DNA of 64,000 nt from Candidatus Adlerbacteria bacterium (lineage in GTDB: Bacteria; Patescibacteriota; Minisyncoccia; Phycocordibacterales; SBAW01), in NCBI GenBank assembly GCA_903851045.1, contig CAINNF010000015.1, positions 96,644-160,643 of the forward strand, read 5' to 3'. Position 1 is the stretch's first letter, and the number at the start of each line of letters is the position of its first letter. This document shows, piece by piece, positions 39,836-49,305 of the stretch. The position numbers were made by a program, and so were the translations under genes. The notes beneath the pieces are model-generated. The model had not been told where the DNA came from, did no database searches, and saw nothing but the letters and a program-made list of their open reading frames with translations.

Positions 39836-40612
39836 TTATCGTCTCGGTACCCACACGATGAGCGATGCGTTGTCCTCGAGTCCTTGTTCTTCTCTCCATC
39901 GAAGGACATCTTCGGCGTCACAACCAGCTGCCGCTCTCGCGAGGAGACCGGTGAACGTGCGCGAGTCGATACTTGAGCGACCCGAATCGAACACACCATC
40001 CGACGCGACCATCACCACGCTACGCACACCGAGACGGTAGTGAGACAAGGTCGGCGTTCGACTAAGTATCCGCCGCAGCGTTCGGTTACCCAACGCACGA
40101 CTCAACTGCAACCCTGCACCAGAGGGCACACCGTCTTCGGATACATCATAGATATACCCACCTTCGTACACGGCTCCCCGACCGATCGCCGCCTGTCGCT
40201 CGACTTCGTTCGTGCGAACGTTGTGTTCAACACTGACACGGACCTGGCTGTTTCGATCGACGATGATGACGGGTGAGTCTCCCACTACGACCGCGGTAAC
40301 GATGCGTTTCGATTCGTTCACGCACGCGAGCGAAAGCGTCGTGCCAGCGTCATCAAGCGACGTACGAGCATCCAGCTGCGCAACGATCTTGGCGAGCTCG
40401 TACCCTATGTCTGGCGCTTCAGGGTCGAATAAACGCGGCACGACCTTCGAGCAGTATCTCGCCACCTCCCCACCGCCGTGACCGTCCAAGACACCAAGCA
40501 GATGACCTTTTCCGTTGCGTGCACTCGCGAACGGCACATGCACCAGATGGTCCTCCTGATAGTCACGCGGACCCTGCACTTGAGCAGCACTCACGACCCC
40601 TCGCAAGAACAT
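39836..40612 (-). CDS. PP2C-family protein Ser/Thr phosphatase
   Basis: RDYQED, DGHGG, GTT, VGDS, LSRALG, ASDG, EDN. Confidence 0.93.
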   Translation of the reverse strand: MFLRGVVSAAQVQGPRDYQEDHLVHVPFASARNGKGHLLGVLDGHGGGEVARYCSKVVPRLFDPEAPDIGYELAKIVAQLDARTSLDDAGTTLSLACVNESKRIVTAVVVGDSPVIIVDRNSQVRVSVEHNVRTNEVERQAAIGRGAVYEGGYIYDVSEDGVPSGAGLQLSRALGNRTLRRILSRTPTLSHYRLGVRSVVMVASDGVFDSGRSSIDSRTFTGLLARAAAGCDAEDVLRWREEQGLEDNASLIVWVPRR

Positions 40613-40752
40613 GACCGTTTCCTCTGTTCGACCTACATTTTATACAACACCGTATTTAACAGCGCGTCAACTCATAGTGTTTGACATACAATTTCATCAC
40701 TTGTACTATCGGCATAGAGACACCTGAGTCCTTTCACAGCAAGAGGGCAGCC

Positions 40753-41775
40753 ATGGCCGCAGGATCACATCCGACCGCTTTCGAGAGCGACCTCTACCGC
40801 AGACTTGGAGTACGCTTTGACGCGCCCGTCGAGGTCATCAATGCCGCATACACGGCCTTGATGAAGCTCCACGGCCCACGCGCTATGAACGACGGCGACA
40901 TAACCGCAAAAGAACTCGGAGAAGCAAAAGCTATCCTCTCTGGCCGCGACCGATCGGCGTACGACGCCTACCGAAAGAGTTCCGTACGCGGAACGATCGG
41001 ACCATACCGACTTCTGCATCGGGTTGCGGAAGGAGGGTTCGGCACCACCTACAAGGCCGAGCATGTGCTCGTGGGAGAACCATCATGCATCAAGCACTGC
41101 TCTGAGATCTCACCGACCGCAGAGATGATCCTGAAGCAAGAGACCAAGGCTATCTGGAATCTTCGACACTACGGGATCCCGGTCATGCGGGACCTGTTGA
41201 AGCTCGATGATGGCAGCTACGCGCTCGCGATGAGCTGGGTCGATGGACTCACGCTTCAGCAAGTGGTCGAGCAGCACGGCAGACTCGATCCCGAGCATGT
41301 CGCATGGATCACTGAGCGCATTCTGAACACGCTCACGTACTTGCACCACCACGGTGTCGTTCACGGCGACATCAAGCCGCAGAACATCATCGTGCAAGAC
41401 ACGACGCATATCGTCGTGTTGGTCGACTTCGGACTCTCGGTGATCAAACCTTCGGCTACGTCCAACAGCAAGGGATACACCGACCTGTTCTCGCCGCCGG
41501 AACAAGTCGCGGGTACGACACTCATCCCAGGGTCCGACTTCTACAGCCTGGGCATGACGATGCTATACGCACTCGGCGGAGGATACTCGGCGGTCGAACG
41601 CAAGGATGTCCCAGCGAGTCTACCGGACCCGATGTGTGATTTCATCAAGTCGCTCATCGTCCGTGGCGTGCTCGAGCGCCCAAGGTACGCCGAGAAAGTC
41701 TTCGAAGACCTCAAGCGTGTCCGCATGCGAAGCTTCGGCAGAGAACATTCGGACATGAGACTGTTCACCCACTGA
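40753..41775 (+). CDS. Ser/Thr protein kinase with N-terminal degenerate J-domain
   Basis: DLYRRLGV..AAY..RSAYD; EGGFGTTY, CIK, HGDIKPQN, DFG, PPE. Confidence 0.92.
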   Translation: MAAGSHPTAFESDLYRRLGVRFDAPVEVINAAYTALMKLHGPRAMNDGDITAKELGEAKAILSGRDRSAYDAYRKSSVRGTIGPYRLLHRVAEGGFGTTYKAEHVLVGEPSCIKHCSEISPTAEMILKQETKAIWNLRHYGIPVMRDLLKLDDGSYALAMSWVDGLTLQQVVEQHGRLDPEHVAWITERILNTLTYLHHHGVVHGDIKPQNIIVQDTTHIVVLVDFGLSVIKPSATSNSKGYTDLFSPPEQVAGTTLIPGSDFYSLGMTMLYALGGGYSAVERKDVPASLPDPMCDFIKSLIVRGVLERPRYAEKVFEDLKRVRMRSFGREHSDMRLFTH

Positions 41776-41790
41776 CCACAGGAGAGGCGT

Positions 41791-42795
41791 ATGTCAGAAG
41801 ATGGCAACTTCACCCCAGCTCATTGGGGTGGCGGAGGTCATGATTTCAAAGACGCTTACAGCGCGTACGACCAGTACGCTGGTCGCAGCTACGAGACCGC
41901 GAAACTGAAGCAGAAGGACCGCAAAGATCTTCTTCCTGCGGAGCTCACCACTAACTCCAGCGCGCCGCTCGTGATCGTCACCGACCAGACCGGCTCGATG
42001 GACGAGTGGCCGAAGATCATGTTCTCGAAACTCCCATACCTTGAACTCGAAGCATGCGAGTACCTCGGCAGGGATATGGAGATCAGTTGGTGCGCCGTCG
42101 GCGATGCTCAAAAGGGCGAGGACTATCCGGTCCAGGGGCGCCCCTTCACCCACGGCACTGACCTCAAGACGAAACTTATGGAAATCGTGCTGGAGGGTAA
42201 GGGCGGCGGTGGCGGCAATGAGACGTATGAGCTCATGGCGCTCTATCTCGCCCGTAACGTGCGGATGCCTCGGGCAATCAGGAGGCCGATCTGTATCCTC
42301 ATCGGGGACGAGATCCCGTACGACATGATCTCGCCGGAGTTGGCAGCAACCTACGCTCGTGTCAAACTCTCGCAGCCTATCTCGACACACGAGGTGTTCG
42401 AGGAGCTTCGAAGAAAGTTCTCGACGTACATCATCAGGAAGCCATACTACACATCCAATGGTGACTCGATGAGCAGCTTCGACAAGAAAGCGATCGACTT
42501 GTGGGCACAGCTTCTGGGCGGCGCCGACCACGTCGCGTTCCTGCCACAACCGGAACGCGTGGTGGACGTCATCTTCGGTATCCTTGCCAAGGAGACAGGT
42601 CGCGTCGGGTACTTCCGTGAAGAGCTCGAACAGCGCCAGCTCCCCGACGCGGGCGGTGATGCGAAGGTCAAGACGGTGTACAAATCGTTGAAGACGGTCC
42701 ATGCACTGCCGCCACCCAAGGCTGGGGGGTCCGCGAACCTGTCGAAAACGCATGGGCTCGGGGGTGGAACACCCACGAAGCCCTTGATGGAGTGA
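41791..42795 (+). CDS. vWA-domain protein
   Basis: MIDAS DQTGSM, AVGDA, GGGGNETYE, IGDE. Confidence 0.88.
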   Translation: MSEDGNFTPAHWGGGGHDFKDAYSAYDQYAGRSYETAKLKQKDRKDLLPAELTTNSSAPLVIVTDQTGSMDEWPKIMFSKLPYLELEACEYLGRDMEISWCAVGDAQKGEDYPVQGRPFTHGTDLKTKLMEIVLEGKGGGGGNETYELMALYLARNVRMPRAIRRPICILIGDEIPYDMISPELAATYARVKLSQPISTHEVFEELRRKFSTYIIRKPYYTSNGDSMSSFDKKAIDLWAQLLGGADHVAFLPQPERVVDVIFGILAKETGRVGYFREELEQRQLPDAGGDAKVKTVYKSLKTVHALPPPKAGGSANLSKTHGLGGGTPTKPLME

Positions 42796-42801
42796 CACGG
42801 T

Positions 42802-42827
42802 GGGGAGAGTGAAAACTCTCCCCTTTT
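42802..42827 (+). terminator. terminator/attenuator hairpin between the vWA and PK-like genes
   Basis: GGGGAGAGT-gaaa-ACTCTCCCC-TTTT. Confidence 0.65.
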
Positions 42828-42848
42828 CTTTCTCACAGGAGTACGGCG

Positions 42849-43904
42849 ATGGTTTTGAACATCCACGCACTGCCCGTGCCGGCACCAGTCGAGCTCATGG
42901 TGACCTTGCTGCCAAGCCTCCCCCACTTCGCGACATTCGCAAGCGACTCGCGACTGGGAGGTATCCGCCTCAACAGTGCGATGCTTACCGCGTTCGACCT
43001 CGACCACGAACTCGCGCTCATTCCTACGGACACGGCGCTACCGCTCTACTTCGACATCAAGGGACGCCAACTGCGCGTCACCAAGGTGCATCCGAACCAA
43101 GAGTTCTTGGATTTCGAACTCAATCACCCGATCTGCGTCGACCTGCCCACACCAATCTTGTTCAAGGGCGGTGAGGACAGGGCGCTCTTAACACGCACGC
43201 ACGACGGTGAGCAGTGGCGCGACACCACCACGCCAGGTCGCTGGTACCAGAGGTTCGTGACACGAGGTGGACCAGAGTATATGGTCCGTCCTGGTGAGTC
43301 GGTCCATATTCGTGACAAGAGTCTGCGCGTTGGAGGCACCCAGTTCGTCGCGGCAGAGCTCGACAAGATCGAGCGGGTCAAGGCGTTCGGGATCACGCGG
43401 TGGTTCCTGTCATACGTACAGAGTCAACATGACGTGGACGAGTTTCTGGAACTCGTCGGCCCCGACGCCGAAGTAATCCTCAAGATCGAAAGCAAGCAGG
43501 GTCTCGAGTATGTCGCACGGGAGTTCAAAAAACGCGACAATCTGCGACTATGTGCGGCCAAAGGTGACCTCTACGTCGAACTGGACCGACCACACGACAT
43601 CCTGCAGGCACAAAGACTGATCATCGGGAAAGACCCACGGGCGTGTGCAGGCTCGCGCATGATGCTGTCGGTGATCAAAAAAGTGCCACACCTCCACCAC
43701 AATGAAGAGTCGAAAGAAAACACCATCAGGTGGTCGATCGAACCGAACCCCGTTCCTTCCGATGCCGACTTCGAACAGATCGCCTGGCTCTATGAGATCG
43801 GCTTTCGCTCCTTCATGCTTTGCGACGAGTTGTGTCTGCGAAACGACCTACTCTCTGTTGCCACCAACGCTCTGCATGAATTCATCTGTTCCTACCAGCA
43901 CTAA
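42849..43904 (+). CDS. divergent pyruvate-kinase-like protein (A and B domains only)
   Basis: IRLN, DIKGRQLR, LSYV, LKIE, AKGDLYVE, PSDAD, MLCDE are colinear with PK barrel motifs; no C-terminal regulatory domain. Confidence 0.8.
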   Translation: MVLNIHALPVPAPVELMVTLLPSLPHFATFASDSRLGGIRLNSAMLTAFDLDHELALIPTDTALPLYFDIKGRQLRVTKVHPNQEFLDFELNHPICVDLPTPILFKGGEDRALLTRTHDGEQWRDTTTPGRWYQRFVTRGGPEYMVRPGESVHIRDKSLRVGGTQFVAAELDKIERVKAFGITRWFLSYVQSQHDVDEFLELVGPDAEVILKIESKQGLEYVAREFKKRDNLRLCAAKGDLYVELDRPHDILQAQRLIIGKDPRACAGSRMMLSVIKKVPHLHHNEESKENTIRWSIEPNPVPSDADFEQIAWLYEIGFRSFMLCDELCLRNDLLSVATNALHEFICSYQH

Positions 43905-43909
43905 GTACG

Positions 43910-43937
43910 AAGCGAGTCCTCCGGGACTCGCTTTTTT
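43910..43937 (+). terminator. intrinsic terminator
   Basis: AAGCGAGTCC-tccg-GGACTCGCTTTTTT. Confidence 0.8.
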
Positions 43938-44000
43938 GTGTACCAAGAAAGTCTTGTATATAGCCGATACCCATAGTACCTCTTGTGGCGTTATAGAGCG

Positions 44001-44019
44001 TTTAGAGTGAGAATTCACC
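44001..44019 (+). repeat. 19-bp motif TTTAGAGTGAGAATTCACC, copy 2
   Basis: Identical to 19648-19666; followed by TACAAACACTTGACATA, which also occurs at 37265-37281. Confidence 0.7.
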
Positions 44020-44139
44020 TACAAACACTTGACATACAAAGATTAAAAATGTAGTATATTTTCGTAAGGACGATCGTTCTTACAGGGTATCCGTGCCCTA
44101 CACGGACCTGGACCAGGTACCGCTGGCAGGAGACACCGC

Positions 44140-44682
44140 ATGTACATGCGTAACAAGTTGAAGTGTGGGGTTCCACTCACGGTTATCGTCCGTCAGAACA
44201 CCACGAAGCGTCTGTGGACGAGGTGCTTCCGCGGGACCTCAATCGCACGAGCGGGAAACTTCTCGCAGTGGGGCACAGCCGAAGACCTCTTTGCGGACGG
44301 ACTCGTGTGGGAAGCGCTCCTGGCCGAATGCGATGATTTGTGGCAAAAGATGGATTTCGGGACGCACAGTCTGAACATTACTCATGTGCAACTCATCGGC
44401 TGGGAAAGCACCGCACCTCTTGCGAACTACTCATCCGATGCGTTGGAACCCTTCGACCTGAACCGCAGGAGCCATGGCCTTCGGGTGAAGCAGAGTCGCA
44501 CCGATCTGCTCGCCCCTCGGACCCGGGAACTCACGATCGTCTTCGAGTTCAAGCAGGAGCGCAGTCGTCCTGTGGTTGTCGTGCACTCAATCTACCCCGG
44601 CTTCGACATCGGCGAACTGGTCGACGATGTGACCGAGCGCGAGGGTCGTATTTTCTTTGATTGGAGCCACCCGGGCGAGTAA
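44140..44682 (+). CDS. hypothetical protein
   Basis: AGGAG SD, TTGACA promoter, terminator; C-terminal HSIYPG..FFDWSHPGE. Confidence 0.75.
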   Translation: MYMRNKLKCGVPLTVIVRQNTTKRLWTRCFRGTSIARAGNFSQWGTAEDLFADGLVWEALLAECDDLWQKMDFGTHSLNITHVQLIGWESTAPLANYSSDALEPFDLNRRSHGLRVKQSRTDLLAPRTRELTIVFEFKQERSRPVVVVHSIYPGFDIGELVDDVTEREGRIFFDWSHPGE

Positions 44683-44799
44683 CATCCCGCCCACCAAGAG
44701 AACTGACCCACCGAGGTCTCGCTCTCTTGGTGGGCGGTTTTCTTATGTATATCGTCACCCATGCTGTGCGACTCTCGATAGGTGCTACAATGACATGAT

Positions 44800-45426
44800 A
44801 TGGCACTCTCACTCAGTATCGTCGTGTGCATTGTAGCCGCATGGTCGCTGTGGGGATACCTGTCCTCTCGCGTCGAACAGGCCGCATACACCGTGACCAC
44901 CAAGGCGAGCGGTTACGAGATCCGTCACTATCCGGCGCATCTCGTCGCGCAGACGACCGTGACGGCTCCATATCGACAGGCGCTCCAAGAAGGATTCCGC
45001 ATCGTCGCCGCATACATATTCGGTGCGAACACGAAAAAGGAACGTGTCTCGATGACCGCCCCAGTCACCGAACAAAAACGTGACGGACGGTCGATAGCCA
45101 TGACCGCCCCGGTCACCGCGAACATCGAGGGCGAGTCGCACACGATCGCCTTTGGCATGCCGCGTTCGTACACACTCGACACCCTCCCCACGCCGACCGA
45201 CCCACGCGTGACTCTGGTCGAAGTCCCCGCCCGAGACATGGCCGCGAAAAGATTCTCTCTGTGGCGAACCGATGCGCGCGTCCGATCCACAAAAGAAGTA
45301 CTCCTTTCCGCACTGTCCCATGACAAGATTAAGGTCCTTGGAGAACCATACTATGCGGGATATAACGCCCCCTGGACCCCACCCTGGATGATGCGCAACG
45401 AGGTGCTGGTCGAGGTCGAAGCGTAG
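44800..45426 (+). CDS. SOUL heme-binding protein
   Basis: YEIRHY, GFRIVAAYIFGAN, MTAPV (twice), YNAPWTP..RNEV. Confidence 0.95.
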   Translation: MALSLSIVVCIVAAWSLWGYLSSRVEQAAYTVTTKASGYEIRHYPAHLVAQTTVTAPYRQALQEGFRIVAAYIFGANTKKERVSMTAPVTEQKRDGRSIAMTAPVTANIEGESHTIAFGMPRSYTLDTLPTPTDPRVTLVEVPARDMAAKRFSLWRTDARVRSTKEVLLSALSHDKIKVLGEPYYAGYNAPWTPPWMMRNEVLVEVEA

Positions 45427-45492
45427 CCTCCCCTGGCATCCGAGTCGCTGGTGGTATATATTCGCAGATAGGTGTTCATGGAGGATAGGACG

Positions 45493-45873
45493 ATGCTCCT
45501 TATAGAGCCGACGTTCCCACCCGAGGTGCAGGCACGATTGGATGAACTCGAAGGACTGCTAGCAATCGAACCGCTCCTCGCTTTTTTGGATGCGCTCCGA
45601 GACGAGGTGCAGACGATGCCGATGCCTCGGCGCTTCAGCCAGACTCGTGTACCGACGAATGAAGTCTGTTACATGGGAGGCACCCTCAACCCCACACTAC
45701 AGGGATGCACTGAAGCCGAACACAAGCGCGGCCAGCTAACTATCGACATAACCTCGGTGATGTCGAGACTCCTGAGCGTCGCTACCGACGTGAGGAATGT
45801 CCTCCAAGACGTAGAGGTGACGAAGCTGAGCGATGATCCGACTGCGGTCGTGTCTGCACACCAAACATCGTAG
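45493..45873 (+). CDS. hypothetical protein
   Basis: SD-led ORF followed by a terminator. Confidence 0.5.
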   Translation: MLLIEPTFPPEVQARLDELEGLLAIEPLLAFLDALRDEVQTMPMPRRFSQTRVPTNEVCYMGGTLNPTLQGCTEAEHKRGQLTIDITSVMSRLLSVATDVRNVLQDVEVTKLSDDPTAVVSAHQTS

Positions 45874-46022
45874 TGTAACGATACCACTGAGTCAGCGAGC
45901 CTCCCCACGGAGGCTCTTTTTATATGTACCTCCAGCAAAAGCTAGGAGGTATGACATATGAAAAAGGCCGCCCCACGAGAGGGCGGCCGAAGGAAGACAA
46001 GGAATGTTTCTGCAAATGTCGC

Positions 46023-46862
46023 TCAGCGACAAGTGAGCCACAATGGCGCATGGTCCGACGCCAGCGTTGCGGTGCCGACCGCGAGACCGTACACACACAT
46101 CTCACGCGAGACGAACACATAGTCGGCATGTCTCTGTTCGTCCAGGTAGAACTTCCGATACCGGGGCGTACGCGTACAGTCGATCTCATCCTCGCGGATG
46201 AGATTGCGCAGAGGGCCGCAATACTGCGACCCCCGCTCCAAGATCGTGATCGCATCCGTATCCAGTGCGAGATTGAGGTCCCCACCAAAGATGATTCGTC
46301 TGGTGGAATACTGTCGTGCTACCTCGTCGAGATACCGCAAGACCTGACGCGACTGTTCGTCCCGACGAGGATCGTCACCCTTCGTATTCTCGGGGATCCA
46401 AATCCCGTGCAAATGAGCGACGACGTAGGTGTGTCCATCCATGCGCACGACCACATACTGCAACATTCGTTCGCGGACACCCGGCGTGTCCTGCAAAATG
46501 GGGACACTCGCATGCTCGAGAACCTCGAGACCGTGCCTTTCCAAAAGCGCGCTGCCAAACCCGATGCCGTGATAGTCCTTACCCGTACGCCTGCACTGCC
46601 AAGTATTGTAGGCCGGTGTCGCATACTCGATGTTATAGCTCGGACTAAACTCCCGCTGCAGTTCCCCCAGACCATCGATGTAGCTCGGCGGCTCGTCGGG
46701 ATTCGTACTCGTGTGGACGCGCGGCACGGGGCTATAAGGATGCCCCATGCTCGTGACCTCGGTCAGACAACAGAGATCGTACGGACGCCTGCGCAGATAG
46801 TCGCGAATACCGCTGGGGTCGCGATGACCCCAGATATTCCAGAACAGCACCGATAGTGTCAT
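46023..46862 (-). CDS. endonuclease/exonuclease/phosphatase family protein
   Basis: WNI, LTEV, GGDLN, DYVF, SDHAPL. Confidence 0.93.
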   Translation of the reverse strand: MTLSVLFWNIWGHRDPSGIRDYLRRRPYDLCCLTEVTSMGHPYSPVPRVHTSTNPDEPPSYIDGLGELQREFSPSYNIEYATPAYNTWQCRRTGKDYHGIGFGSALLERHGLEVLEHASVPILQDTPGVRERMLQYVVVRMDGHTYVVAHLHGIWIPENTKGDDPRRDEQSRQVLRYLDEVARQYSTRRIIFGGDLNLALDTDAITILERGSQYCGPLRNLIREDEIDCTRTPRYRKFYLDEQRHADYVFVSREMCVYGLAVGTATLASDHAPLWLTCR

Positions 46863-46974
46863 CTTCTATCTCCAAAGATCCTACAATTAGATTAACACAC
46901 AATTATTTTTATGCAAGGTTTGCGCAGGTGCGGGGTTGGAACTTGTCGTGTGACTCCCGTATACTAACGAGTAC

Positions 46975-47508
46975 ATGACCACACCCTTTCTTATCCTTGT
47001 CGACGGGCCGATGGGTTCGGGCAAGACGACCACGACGAAACTGCTGAGCGAGAAGCTGCCCGACGCGGCACGAGTCGCGTTGCCGGATATAAAAAGACTC
47101 GTCCCCAACTACCGGGAGAACGAGCAGACGCTCACAGTGATCCGGGAAGTGATGCGTGTGATGATCGACACTTATCTTAAGTTCGGGGTGAGCGTCATCG
47201 TCGAGCAGATAACGCGAGCCGAAGGCGTTGCTTTGCTTCGAAAAATCGCCGAGCAACACGGTGCTACGTTCTCTGCCTACCGACTCACGGCGCCGAAAGC
47301 CGTTCGACTGAAACGGGTCCACGAGCGGACGCGAGAGATGCTGGGCGTGCCAGCACTCCCCCAGTCAAAGATCGACGAGCTATCCAACTACTTCGAACCG
47401 AACGACGCATTCTATACCAACAATCCCGTTGACGCCGCTGAAACGATCGATACGCAAGACATGACCGCGGAGCAGGTCGCGGAAGTTATTCTAAGCAAGC
47501 TATCGTAA
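46975..47508 (+). CDS. P-loop kinase / AAA_33-like protein
   Basis: Walker A GPMGSGKTT, RxxxR lid, IDT. Confidence 0.88.
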   Translation: MTTPFLILVDGPMGSGKTTTTKLLSEKLPDAARVALPDIKRLVPNYRENEQTLTVIREVMRVMIDTYLKFGVSVIVEQITRAEGVALLRKIAEQHGATFSAYRLTAPKAVRLKRVHERTREMLGVPALPQSKIDELSNYFEPNDAFYTNNPVDAAETIDTQDMTAEQVAEVILSKLS

Positions 47509-47617
47509 GGATCGTCGACAACCTTGATTGCTGTCTCCATCCTTTTTGACATCAGGCACTATTTAGTTCATAGTGTCTGCTGGTGACCCGCCGGGTCGGC
47601 ACACCATTTGGGAGGAC

Positions 47618-48009
47618 ATGACGATGCCTCGTCGATCGATCTACGAGAGAGAGATCATGCACACATAGCCGCGCGAAGATTACGAGACCCTGCAAAACCG
47701 CACAACGATGCGGTCGAAGCGATTCGTGCAGCGTTGGCCGAGGACGTCGCCGCATGGAACGAGCGCAACAGCAAGACGGTCGGCGGTACGCTTGAACTGG
47801 TCGTCGAGCAGAGTCGCAAGACGTTGATACATACCCTGATCATCCAAGGCAACCTGCTGGGAATAGCCTTTACCCTTGCCAGGATCACACCCAGTGACGA
47901 CGGCACGATGATGATCAGATTCAAATTCGCCGAAGATCGTCCCGAGCCGACGTCGATTGAGCACATGAGGCGGACTATCCAAAGATTCGATCCAGGCGCT
48001 CGGACCTAA
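47618..48009 (+). pseudogene. hypothetical gene frameshifted in a short dinucleotide tract
   Basis: The GGAGG-ATG(47618) frame stops at 47666; removing 2 nt from (CA)3 or (GA)5 joins it to the long 47608-48009 frame. Confidence 0.45.
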
Positions 48010-48094
48010 CCTTCACACTCGCGCGGTATCGTACCGCGCGAGTGTTTTATGTTCGCATCTGACATGCTGGTTCAAAGCGGGAACATATGTCGAC

Positions 48095-48349
48095 CTATCC
48101 CCGATGCGTGCAGCCAGCCCAGCAGCACGGTCGGCGCATCCCGCCAGCAAGCTTGGAGAGCGCCTTTTGTATCCGAATATCCCTCGTTTCTGCTTTTTTG
48201 CCAGAGGTCACCCAACAGATCCACTCATTGCGCGCAAGTGGCGTGATGTCCTGCCACAGCGCCCGCGCCGCAGGCGTCGAGAGGAGCGCCTTTCGCAAGT
48301 CTGCTGGCAACGCATGCACCACACCTCCCGCCATTCCCTCGTTGGTCAT
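48095..48349 (-). CDS. YdeI/OmpD-associated family protein
   Basis: GVVHALPADL..ITPLARNEWICWV..RRPCCWAGC. Confidence 0.9.
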   Translation of the reverse strand: MTNEGMAGGVVHALPADLRKALLSTPAARALWQDITPLARNEWICWVTSGKKAETRDIRIQKALSKLAGGMRRPCCWAGCTHRG

Positions 48350-48510
48350 ACAGTCTATGGTACCAGACACCACGCACACCATCGATCACTATTATTTTAC
48401 TAGTCTGTCGTAGCCGCAGGCTGACGATCTTGCTTGATGCTGGAACCATCGCACAACCTATGGTAGGTTCTATGCGGACGTGCCGAAAGCAACAAACCGA
48501 GGAGGCCTAC

Positions 48511-49065
48511 ATGGCTCACATAACCTTCGACGAAACCGCGAGCAAGTCTCGACTGCCCACCTGGCGTGTAGCCTGCGAGAGATACCCCGGCCAAGTGACT
48601 CTGGAAGGAACGCCCTATCTAGGCATCTTCGAGTCCTGGCTCAAAGGTGTCGCTCAGCCGCTCGACGGCTTCACCCCCACATCTCCCCCAACATGGGAAG
48701 AGTTCGCAACTGCGAAGCACTACCGCACGAACAAAGGGGTGGTATCGGTAATAGGTTTTACCATTGATCTCTTCGATAATCTCATCACCGACGCGGAAGA
48801 ACTTCGCCGGATATACGAGGAGCGATGCCGCGCAACTCGGGTCGTCGAAGTGACCCAAGGCAACCGATCCGTCGCATGGCATCTTGCCGTCGACGATTCG
48901 CCTGATGCGCATGTCTGGTTCTCCCGGTTCTGGCATCCACAGGAAGTCGTGGAAGACGAAACGTCGGTCAAGATCTCGTTCCAACCTTCACTGCTCGCCC
49001 AGCTGCGACACTGGTTCTCGCTCAAACCCTGGTCGATCACGATCTACGCGCCGCAACTGGCATAA
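48511..49065 (+). CDS. hypothetical protein
   Basis: GAGGAGG SD, 184-aa ORF, terminator. Confidence 0.65.
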   Translation: MAHITFDETASKSRLPTWRVACERYPGQVTLEGTPYLGIFESWLKGVAQPLDGFTPTSPPTWEEFATAKHYRTNKGVVSVIGFTIDLFDNLITDAEELRRIYEERCRATRVVEVTQGNRSVAWHLAVDDSPDAHVWFSRFWHPQEVVEDETSVKISFQPSLLAQLRHWFSLKPWSITIYAPQLA

Positions 49066-49126
49066 CGCTCCGCGGATACGTCACACGACGTATCCGCTTT
49101 TCATATGGTCGAACCAATAACTGCGT

Positions 49127-49291
49127 TTATTTCAGGAACCGCACAGCGAAGGCGGCGCACACGAGCACGATGCCGATATTGGCGAGCAGTCGCTCCCAGA
49201 ATCGATCCCTAAAAAAGAGTATGTCGACCGCGACGATGAGCGCTATCATCCCCGCCACGCACGCCGCGACCACTATTCTAGATGTTCCCAT
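49127..49291 (-). CDS. small two-TM protein
   Basis: Manual translation MGTSRIVVAACVAGMIALIVAVDILFFRDRFWERLLANIGIVLVCAAFAVRFLK. Confidence 0.65.
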   Translation of the reverse strand: MGTSRIVVAACVAGMIALIVAVDILFFRDRFWERLLANIGIVLVCAAFAVRFLK

Positions 49292-49305
49292 GCCTCTATT
49301 CTACG

